Assembly: GCA_013239625.1 (NCBI GenBank)
Contig: MU056000.1
Coordinates: 10,365,175-10,429,174 of the forward strand
DNA from: Lama guanicoe
Lineage: Eukaryota
Direction of reading: 5' to 3'
DNA: 64,000 nucleotides
This document shows positions 1 to 9,769 of the stretch, piece after piece. Each line of letters begins with the position of its first letter. The stretch's first letter is position 1. A program made the translations under genes and the position numbers. The notes under the pieces were generated by a model that was not told where the DNA came from, ran no database searches, and saw nothing but the letters and a program-made list of their open reading frames with translations.

Positions 1-29
1 GAATCATGAAGTACCAGCTGCTGCTGAAG
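1..29 (+). CDS. TRIO: TRIO coding exon, partial (DH2 end, ..IMKYQLLLK)
   Basis: Translates to IMKYQLLLK, the conserved DH-domain C-terminal motif; donor AAG|GTGAGG at 30; phase 0. Confidence 0.92.
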
Positions 30-766
30 GTGAGGGCTGGCCGGGTCACGCCCGGTGGCGGGAGGGCGAGACTCGGGGGGCAGGGAGGCTTTGGCAGGTG
101 ACGGGGGTATTTCTGTAAAAAATACGAGACAGTCTTGTTATTCCTGATTTTAAATATTCCAGAGTAAACTTTTTTAATTGAATAAAACACCTTACACTAT
201 TTCCTCGATGTTTTCATTGACGTGAGGTTCTGAACCAAAATGTCAGTGAAAGTGAGCGTTTCTCCCCCACGGGTCTTTGATACTAATGAGCTTTCTTTGG
301 CTCCATCCACCTTACATGTTTTCTCATCTTCTTGGCACTTCCAATCAAATTAAATGTTTAATCCCTGCCCGTTCCTCTGTCGGTTCCACAGTAGCCATTG
401 ATTGATTCGGATTCTTGAGCACAGCTGAGGGCAGAGTCACACCATTTTCCATGATAAAAGTGACTGTTTAAATATACTGCAATTCCTTCATGTATAAAAC
501 TTGGAACCTGGATGTAAAGAGAGATGGGAGCTTGTCCTGGAGTCAGGCGGCAGCCGTGACCTGCTTGGATAGATCTGGTCTGACTTTGCTCTGCTGGAGC
601 TTGAAGTCCACATAGGAATCCCTTTCCCTTGTGTTACTGGGAGGCAAAGATGAGGACATGGGCCTCTAGGGCTTAGCCAGGCCCTGGCACATCATGCGTG
701 ATCAGAAAGGGGACTGCTGTTGTGACCGTCGCCCTCGTCATGGCCTTCTCTCCATTTCCCTCGCAG

Positions 767-817
767 GACTTCCTCAAGTATTCCAAAAAAGCCAGCCTGG
801 ATACATCAGAACTGGAG
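767..817 (+). CDS. TRIO: TRIO exon (DFLKYSKKASLDTSELE)
   Basis: Acceptor ttccctcgcag; donor GAG|GTACTT; 51 nt, phase 0-0; matches recalled human TRIO. Confidence 0.93.
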
Positions 818-1079
818 GTACTTACACCCCGCTGGGCCTCCAGGGTCTGCCCCGGCTCCCCAGCCCGTCTCTCAATCCCCATGTGTCTGAAGTAGCTCGT
901 CCCTGGGAGGGAGGGATGGTTGCTGCGGGTGGTGGCGGGTCTCCCCATCCTGGACGTGCCCCTGCAAGCTAGAGGTGGGAGAGGGAGAGGAACTGAATGT
1001 GGGGGTGTATTTGACGGTTAGCACACTTGCTTCGCCCCCGAGGAAGCGATCGCTCACTCTGCTTTCCCCCGCCCCGCAG

Positions 1080-1157
1080 AGAGCCGTGGAGGTCATGTGC
1101 ATAGTCCCCAAGCGGTGCAACGACATGATGAACGTCGGGCGGCTGCAGGGATTTGAC
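1080..1157 (+). CDS. TRIO: TRIO exon (RAVEVMCIVPKRCNDMMNVGRLQGFD)
   Basis: Acceptor ccccgcag; donor GAC|GTAATG; 78 nt, phase 0-0. Confidence 0.95.
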
Positions 1158-2121
1158 GTAATGCGGCTGTTCTTCTTTAAACTCGCTCCTCTGGCTGCCA
1201 TCCCTTTCTTTGGTCTCGGATTCTGTATCTCCACCTGTAGAAAGCTGATCCTTTTTGCTTGGTTTTCTGTCTTCTCTCGCTCTCCTTCAACCTGATTGAT
1301 GTTTTCTTTCAACTTCTTTCGGTATATTTGATTTGCTCCTTGGGGACCTTCCTCTGCTCCAAGCCCAGTGCCTCGTGGCGGAAACCGGCAGGGCTCTGCT
1401 TAGTCTCTTGGGCCCTCTGCTCCTGCAAGAGCGATGTTTCCTTTCCCGGCACGGAGTGGGAAGCAGGTGGCCAGTCCATCTGTCATCCCTGGAAGCATGA
1501 CTCAGAGTCACTGTGCTCATCATTAGTCTGCAGACTTCCCTATGAGTTGCTAGACTACTCAGATTACACATTACCTATGAGTATTCTAAGGATATTCAGA
1601 ACCAGAATCCTTCCCCCCCCCCCAATTTGATTATTGAGTGAAGAGACAGGAGTTTTTCCTTTTCTTGCCTACTGTTTTGCTAGAGGATTGGGTTTAACGT
1701 GCTGGGGCTGTGGTTCTCAGAGAAGTACACCCAGACTCTCCTGGAGAGCTTCTGGAAACCCAGGTTCCCAAGCAATGTGACCAGGTCCCACTGGGGGTGC
1801 TGGTGCCGCTGGGCATGGGACTGCACTTGAGAAGCGTTCTTCCACTGCAAACGAGATCCTGAGACCCACTGTCAGGCTTTGATTGTAACTCACGCCAGTG
1901 CAGTACACGAAGGTCGGCAAGAATTTGACATGGGTGATTTTTCTTTTTGGGGCTCAGAACTCATTAGAATAAAAGACATTTTTAGACTCTATAAACGAAT
2001 ACATGAAAGATACTTTATTATTCTGTGGGAGGAAAGCTAAAGAAAACAGAACTTCATCTGTCTTAACTTAGAATGCAATGTTTTCTTCTCCTATTCCTTT
2101 GCCCCCTTTTCCTTGTTCTAG

Positions 2122-2313
2122 GGTAAAATTGTTGCCCAGGGCAAGCTACTCTTACAGGACACATTCTTGGTCACAGACCAAGACACGGGACTTCTGCCTC
2201 GCTGCAGAGAGAGGCGGGTGTTCCTCTTCGAGCAGATCGTCATTTTCAGCGAGCCACTTGATAAAAAAAAGGGCTTCTCCATGCCAGGATTCCTATTTAA
2301 GAACAGCGTCAAG
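2122..2313 (+). CDS. TRIO: TRIO exon, PH2 N-half (GKIVAQGKLLLQDTF...FKNSVK)
   Basis: Long pyrimidine tract then ttctag; donor AAG|GTAACC; 192 nt, phase 0-0; PH motif RERRVFLFEQIVIFS. Confidence 0.95.
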
Positions 2314-3066
2314 GTAACCTGTGGGCATGTGTTTTCTCATGTGCTAACGCATACACCCGTCATGCTGATAAACTGTTTCCTTTTTAATGGTGGCATGTCC
2401 TGCTGTCTTGTTTATTAAATATTTAGAAAATTTTCTAATACATTTCAGAACCTTTAAATTCACTCCATCCGTCCGCCATCTGTGTCCTCAGTGGCCAGTG
2501 TCTTCCACATGTTTCTGTGCGGCTGCAGCCACTCATTTTTACCACGAGAGGCCCTCACCGTGGTTAGTTTTTGTGCTCCACCTTCTCTAGGACCAAGTGA
2601 AATTTGTTTAAGTTCAGGGGCCTGGATTGGGAGAGGAGAGCTTAGCCAGGGTCATCTTCCCCACTTAACAAAGAGCTATTCTGCACTCAGCTCAGCCTGG
2701 GGCTCGAGGGATGGACGAGGCAGGCGGTCCGTGCCCTGGGGTAGCTTGCTTTCTGATAGAAAAAAATTTATTGTCTGATAAACAATAAAATTATCGCAAA
2801 TGACCCTGAGTCCTGTAAAAGGAACAAACCAAGGGTGAGAGAGAGGAGGCCTGAGGTCCCAGCAGATTACCATTTCTAGTTAATTGTTTAAGCTACTGGT
2901 TGAACTCCTGGTAATCCTCATGTACCTGAGTGAGAAGAGTCATTAAAAAGCTTTAAGGTAATGATTCCTGAGGCAATAAAAATGGCAGCTCAGCCAAAAA
3001 GTGGTTGTTTCAGTTTTGACCTAGGATGAACTGTGCCCTCGACCAGTGGGAATAAATGGGCTTTCA

Positions 3067-3538
3067 TTTTTTTATGGTGGTAAAATACACATAACATAAA
3101 AATTACCATCTTAACCATTGTTCAGTGTACAGCCCAATGGCATTAAGGACATTCACATTGTTGTGCAGCTGTCACCACCGTCCACCTCCAGAACTCTTCA
3201 TCTTCTAAAACTAAAACTCCATACTCATTAAACACTAACTCCCCATTCCACCTCCCCTGGCCCTGCAACCAGCCTTCCACGTACTGTCTCTGGGAATCTG
3301 ATGACTCTAGGTACCTCACCTAAGTGGAATCATAACAGTGTTCATCTTTTGATGACTGGCTCATTTCACGTAGCATAATGTCCTCCAGGTTCAGCTGTGT
3401 TGTACCTTATGACAGGCTGTCCTTCCTTTTTAAGGCTGAAAAATAGTCTATGGTATATATAGACCAGACTTTGATTATCCATTCATCTGTTGATGGACAC
3501 GCGGGTTGCTTCTGCCTTTCAGCTGTTGTGAGTAACAC
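3067..3538 (-). mobile_element. Old L1 3'-end fragment (L1MB/L1MA-like)
   Basis: Typical antisense L1 3'UTR/ORF2-end text (ggtaaaatacacataacataaaattaccatc...atccattcatctgttgatggacac); minus-strand ORF segment CPSTDEWIIKVWSIYT. Confidence 0.85.
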
Positions 3539-3547
3539 TTTTTTCAG

Positions 3548-3725
3548 GTGAGTTGCCTTTGCCTGGAGGAAAATGTGGAAAACGATCCCTGTAAATTTGC
3601 TCTGACGTCGAGGGCGGGTGACGTGGTGGAGACCTTCATCTTGCATTCATCCAGCCCAAGTGTTCGGCAAACGTGGATCCATGAAATCAACCAAATTTTA
3701 GAAAACCAGCGCAATTTTTTAAACG
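3548..3725 (+). CDS. TRIO: TRIO exon, PH2 C-half (VSCLCLEENVENDPCKF...NQRNFLN)
   Basis: Acceptor ttttcag; donor ACG|GTAATA; 178 nt, phase 0-1. Confidence 0.95.
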
Positions 3726-3814
3726 GTAATATGTGTTCTGTTCCTGGGTAGGGGTTTTCTTTCCCTAATGTACAGATTTCTGTTTCTCGTCTCCTATTAC
3801 GTACAAATAATAAC

Positions 3815-4030
3815 GATGCAACTTACTGGACCGGGCACCGTTCTAAGCACGGTCCGTATGTTGCTTCATTTCATCTTCACAATGACCCTGTGTGGCAGGT
3901 ACTCCTATTGTTCCCATTTTACAGATGAGGAAGCTGAGGCACAAAATGGATTTGTAATTTGCTCCAAGTCCCACAAATTGTTCACAGCAGAGTCAGGGTA
4001 CAGAGCAGGCTGTCTGGCTCTTGGCTGTGT
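3815..4030 (-). mobile_element. MIR SINE
   Basis: MIR core cccattttacagatgaggaagctgaggcaca with flanking MIR-like text. Confidence 0.85.
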
Positions 4031-4601
4031 GCCCCGCACACTACGCTGTTCATTCCATCCCCCTGGCTCTCGTATCATATGTGCACCAGAGCCCTGTCCT
4101 GGGAAAGGAATGCATGAGAAAAAACTTAAGGCAGCAGATGGAATCGGCCAAAGATACTGGAGGCATTATTGAGGGCAACTTTAAAATTTGTGTTCAGTAG
4201 CATTGTACATCACGCCTCCCTCCTCATTAGGACAAGACATGTTTTTTCCTTCCCACTTCCGTGGCATGAGTGATTCTAGAAGAGCAATACAATAATGATA
4301 CAGCACAACACCGTGCAGCAGTAAGGGGCCAGACCTCAGGGGAAAGGTCTTCTCCATGTGGAGAGAGAGACCACACTGACCTTATGTCGCAGTTACTTTG
4401 ACTCCTTATAGCCCTGACCTGAAACTGCTTGCTCCTCTTCGTGACAAGTGACTTCAACTCTGGTTTTAATTTAGCGATCTCAGAAGAGCTTCAGGAATTC
4501 AGTGAGAAGCTAAATACTCATTCAATGTGTTTTCTTTCTCCTTTTCTCATGTTCACATTCCGTGTCTATGCCCCGGTCCAACAGAACATTATAATTTCTT
4601 T

Positions 4602-6620
4602 TCTTTTTTTCTTTTTTTTTTAACATTTTTTATTGAGTTATAGTCATTTTACAATGTTGTGTCAAATTCCAGTGTAGAGCACAAATTTTCAGTTATACAT
4701 GAACATATATATATATTCATTGTCACTTTTTTTTCACTGTGAGCTACCACAAGATCTTGTATATATTTCCCTGTACTATACAGTATAATCTTGTTTATCT
4801 ATTCTACATATGCCTGTCAGTATCTACAAATTTTGAACTCCCAGTCTGTCCCTTCCCACCCTTCACCCCCTTGGGAACCACAAGTTTGTATTCTATGTCT
4901 GTGAGTCTGTTTCTCTGTTTCTGTTTGGTATTATGTTCTTTAATTTTTTTTTTAATTCCACATATGAGCAATCTCATATGGTATTTTTCTTTCCCTTTCT
5001 GGCTTACTTCACTTGGAATGACATTGTCCAGGAACATCCATGTTGCTGCAAATGGCATTATGTTGTCGGTTTTTATGGCTGAATAGAATTCCATTGTATA
5101 AATATACCACATCTTCTTTATCCAGTCATCTATTGATGGACATTTAGACTGTTTCCATGTCTTGGCTATTGTAAATAGTGCTGCTATGAACATTGGGGTG
5201 CAGGTGTCATTCTGAAGTAGGGATCCTTCTGGATATATGCCCAGGAGTGGGATTCCTGGGTCATATGGTAAGTCTATTCGTAGACTTCTGAGGAATCTCC
5301 ATACTGTTTTCCACAGTGGCTGCACCAAACTGCACTCCTACCAGCAGTGTAGGAGGGTTCCCTTTTCTCCACAGCCTCTCCAGCATTTGTCATTTGTGGA
5401 CTTTTGAATGATAGCCATTCTGGCTGGTGTGAGGTGTTACCTCATTGTAATTTTGATTTGCATTTCTTTGATAATTAGTGATATTGAGCATGTTTTCATG
5501 TGCCTATTGATCATTTGTATTTCTTGGAGAATTGCTTGTTTAGGTCTTCTGCCCATTTTTGGATTGGGTTTTTTTTTTTTTACTAAGTCGTATGAGCTGC
5601 TTATATATTCTGGAGATCAAGCCTTTGTTGGTTTCATCGTTTGCAAAAATTTTCTCCCAATCCATAGGTTGTTGTTTTGTTTTACTTATGGTTTCCTTTG
5701 CTGTGCAGAAGCTTGTAAGTTTCATTAGGTCCCATTTGTTTATTCTTGCTTTTATTTCTATTGCTTGGGTAGACTGCCCTAGGAGAACATTTTTAAGATG
5801 TATGTGAGATAATGTTTTGCCTGTATTTTCTTCTAGGAGGTTTATTGTATCTTGTCTTATGTTAAAGTCTTTGATCCATTTTGAATTTATCTTTGTATAT
5901 GGTGTAAGGGAGTGTTCATTGATTTACATGCTGCTGTCCAGTTTTCCTAACACCATTTGCTGAAGAGACTGTCTTTATTCCATTGTATATTTTTGCCTCC
6001 TTTGTCAAAGATTAGTTGACTGAAAGTTTGTGAGTTCATTTCTGGGCTCTCTGTTCTGTTCCATTGGTCCATATGTCTGTTTTTGTACCAATACCATGCT
6101 GTTTTGATTACTGTAGCTCTATAGTATTGTCTGAAGTCTGGGAGAGTTATTCCTCCAGCCTCTTTCTTTTTCTTCAGTAATGCTTTGGCAATTCTAGGTC
6201 TTTGATGGTTCCATATAAATTTTATTATGAGTTGTTCTAGTTCTGTGAAATAAGTCCTGGTTAATTTGATAGAGATTGCATTAAATCTGTAGATTGCCTT
6301 GGGCAGTGTGACCATTTTAACAATATTGATTCTTCCAATCCAGGAACATGGGATATCTTTCCGTTTTTTTAAGTCTTCTTTAATTTCCTTCATCAATGGT
6401 TTATAATTTTCCGTATATAATTCTTTCACCTCCTTGGTTAGATTTATCCCTAGATATTTTATTACTTTGGGTGCTATTTTAAAGGGGATTGTTTCTTGAC
6501 TTTCTTTTTCTGTTGATTCACTATTAGTGTAAAGAAGTGCCACTGACTTTTGAACGTTAATCTTGTGACCTGCTCCCTTGCTGGATTCTTCGATTAGTTC
6601 TAGTAGTTTTTGTGTGGACC
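4602..6620 (-). mobile_element. Young 5'-truncated L1 (ORF2 C-terminal part plus 3'UTR), antisense in TRIO intron
   Basis: Minus-strand ORFs 5947-6654, 5540-5725 and 4804-5328 are L1 ORF2-like ([38 protein letters not shown]); T-rich tail ~4602-4621; TSD TTATAATTTCTTT at 4589-4601 and 6621-6633. Confidence 0.95.
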
Positions 6621-6714
6621 TTATAATTTCTTTGTCACATAAAATCACCTCCACACCTTGAATGACACTTAAGAACCAGAAACACAGGCACTAAAATCAG
6701 TGTGGAAAATCAAT

Positions 6715-6832
6715 GGGGGAAGCTGATGGAACACGTGCTTAGCATGCACAAGGTCCCAGGTTCAATCCCCAGTACCTCCACTAAAAATAAAGAAAGAAAG
6801 AAACTTAAGAAAATAAATAAAAGAATTTTTTA
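6715..6832 (+). mobile_element. tRNA-derived camelid SINE (Vic-1-like), 5' part degenerate
   Basis: gcttagcatgcacaaggtcccaggttcaatccccagtacctcc (B box GGTTCAATCC), A-rich tail, candidate TSD AAAATCAA at 6706-6713 and 6833-6840. Confidence 0.85.
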
Positions 6833-8126
6833 AAAATCAAGGTTACATGGCATTTTTGGCCTAGTGGTAATCAGTTGCTTGGGTGTTAACTCCAGGCTCC
6901 TGTCTAGACTGTAGATTGGTCATTGCTTACATGTCCAGTTAGAATTGGATGTCTGGGGCTGGTGGGTTGGGGGGATGTTCCCGTTTATGTAGAAAAAAGT
7001 TCTGTTCCCATGACTGAGTGAATGCAGGTCTCTTTAAATGCGTTGTTCTGAAGTGCTGCACTGAATGCCGGGCCCCAGCATGTAACTACTGGGACGTCTC
7101 TGAACCTCTGCTGTCTTCTTTAAAGTAAAGTGAGCTGCCTCCCGAGTTGCAGGCATGACCGAGCCATGCTCTTCAGGTTTCCCAGGTACTCGTTCAGTCT
7201 AGAGGACGGTAGTAATTCCTGCTCCCGAGGGCAAAGGAGACCAGGAACATGCTCTTGCCTTAGTCTGTCAGGTGTCATTGGCTCCAGAGTGCTCTTCCAC
7301 ACATGCCTGATGCCTCTGGTTTGTTGTACGTCTCAGAGGTTTTCGGTCTTTCAGAATTTGTGTTGGTGTTTCCCCAGATCTTACTTTGCATTCCCCACCC
7401 CCCCCCCCATTATTATGTAACTGAATCACTAAAGCCCGGAGGTGGGACAGCCTCCCGACCCACAGTGGTCTGTGCTCTCCTTCCCTTCCATGTCTCTCCT
7501 GCCCAGTCTGCAAAGCCGAGGTGGTCTCTGCCTCCCTGTCTGGTAACCACAGGATTGCTTAACTGCTCTCTGGTTTAAGAAGACCATTGCAGCAGCTGGA
7601 CTAAACTTTTTCACTCAAGGAGCCAGCTGGTACCCGGGGAGGCCCAGCTGACTCCCCTAGCAGCTTGGGACCCGGCTGACACTGGCGATTTGCATGGGAC
7701 GCTCCCGGCTGGTTCAGCTCCTTTTCACTTGGCAGCGGTGCTAGGGCTGTGCTTGCTGCTCCTCCAACCTCTCCTCCTTCACCTGGTACTTCTGCTCCCT
7801 AGGCCCCCTGGCCACCCCTCACTGGGCAGGCAGACTGCCCTTGATGGAGCTAATTTAAACTCCTTCATGAACAGGAGGGTAGAATATAAGACCTTTTCTT
7901 TTTCGGCCCCTGATGTTTGGATGGTGTCAGCCTGCCGCCTGGAGAACGGCTGGGTGTGTCTAGAGCATAGTGATTGGAAGTTAGGTGGGTACCCTGTGAC
8001 TTGACTGTGGGGCACGAAGACCAGCACTCCCTTTCAATTAATCGTGCCTCTTTTCCTTTGGCCCCTGTGGCGGTCCTTTTCTTGGACCCCTGACTGACTC
8101 TCTTCTGTATCTCACGTGTCTTCTAG

Positions 8127-8874
8127 CCTTGACATCACCAATCGAGTATCAGAGGAACCAAGCGACGGCGGCGGCCCCGGCAGCAGCGGCGGCCCCCCCA
8201 GCTCCAGCCGAAGCAGACCCTCCCGGATCCCCCAGCCTGTCAGACACCACTCCCCCGTGCTGGTCTCCTCTGCAGCCTCCAGCCAAGCAGAGGCAGACAA
8301 GATGTCAGGTATGTCCGCTCCCGGCCCGTCACTGCCTCCTCCCAGCAGCAGCCTCGCCCTGGAGCCTGGCGCCAGCCAGCCCGCCAGGCGCCCCCCCAGC
8401 AGCGAGCCCGAAGGTCCCGAGCGAGAAGCGGAGCCGATCCCCAAGATGAAGGTGATGGACAGCCCCAGGAAGGCCACCGGGAATGCCACAGGTGCCCATC
8501 AGGACGGAGCCGCTAAGGAGGCGCGGGCGCCCCCGGAGGACGGCCGCGCGCGGAGCGGCCTGGGCCCCCTGCCCTTGGGCAAGCCCCGGCCCGGGGCCAT
8601 CTCGCCTCTGAACTCTCCTCTGTCCGCCGCCTTCCCCTCTCCGATCGGCAAGGAGCCCTTGCCCCCTAGCAGCCCCCTGCAGAAGGGGGGCTCCTTCTGG
8701 AGCTCCATCCCCGCCTCCCCCGCCAGCCGGCCCGGCTCCTTCACCTTCCCGGGGGACAGTGACTCCCTCCAGCGGCAGGCGCACCGCCACGCGGCCCCCA
8801 GCAAGGACACGGACCGCATGAGCACGTGCTCCTCGGCCAGCGAGCAGTCCGTGCAGTCCACCCAGAGCAATGGG
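8127..8874 (+). CDS. TRIO: TRIO large GC-rich exon (ALTSPIEYQRN...SRSRPSRIPQP...SEQSVQSTQSNG), apparent frameshift near 8159-8161
   Basis: Acceptor ttctag at 8121-8126; donor GGG|GTAAGA; the 5' part is in the frame of ORF 8129 and the remainder in the frame of ORF 8116. Confidence 0.9.
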
Positions 8875-9623
8875 GTAAGAGCGCCCGGCCGCCTCCGCCC
8901 GCCCGCCCCGCTGCCTCTGTCCCGCGGCTCCTCCTCTTCTAAACCTCCCGCGTCGCCGCCGCTGTCCTCGTACTAACTGCGGGCTCTCCGCTGCTGCGCT
9001 GCGGTAATCAGCTGCTCCGGGCCTCCCTGCGCACTGACCACGCAGACCCGCGGGACGCCTTCTAACCCCTCCTGCTCCTGGCGGACGGCGCGCTCTCGTC
9101 TCTACTAACTCGCTCCTTGCTTGGTTTGTGTCTCCTTAATACGGGAACGCAGATCATTAACCTTCTGAATGCGACATCTTTAAGCCTTTCACGTTTTCCG
9201 ACCAACCGAGTATCTTGGAACTTCCTCTCTAGCTCCTGCCTTCCTCACACACTTTTTTTAGAGGGGTCAGTGTCCCCTCTGTCTACCTCCTACGTCAACT
9301 GAAAGCTGTACACTCTAAGCTTTTTGCTCATCGCTTGGTTGTGCTCTTTTACGCCTTAAATTACCTTTGCAGCGTTTTTGACTCATCTGCTGAAAAAAAA
9401 AAAAACCCTCAAGAAAACTTCCAACAGCAATTCAAAGCAAACTTAAACTGACAAAATGGGTGGAAGGACTCTCTCCAGTGGAAATATTTGTCCGCCCCCC
9501 CCCCCCCCCCAAGTTTCACTGTGAAAGAGAGTCTGCTCTGGGGCCTCTGGATGGTGGGCTCCACCGGCGGCTGGGAGCGGAGGCGCAGGGAGGCTGGATT
9601 CGGAGCGTCCACGTTCTGTCCAG

Positions 9624-9769
9624 CAGGGGGCGCAGTGCGGGCGCCGGTCGCTGCAGGGCATCGCCCATCACTATACGTGTTCTCAGCAGAAGGGTTGCTG
9701 TGGTGGGGTTTCCCCCCATCCTGTGGCTTCCTCACTATCCTACCCGACTGTTTCCTACACGGCAGGTGA
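9624..9769 (+). CDS. TRIO: Candidate alternative terminal TRIO exon (AGGAVRAPVAAGHRPSLYVFSAEGLLWWGFPPSCGFLTILPDCFLHGR*)
   Basis: Acceptor gttctgtcCAG-CAG; both AGs enter ORF 9488-9769 in phase 1, matching the phase-1 donors after 3725 and 8308; no transcript evidence. Confidence 0.4.

Noticed and set aside
5947..6654. 235-aa minus-strand ORF and other reverse-transcriptase-like ORFs (4804, 27523, 34764)
   Set aside because: Fragments of truncated L1 ORF2; not host genes or a novel retroelement system
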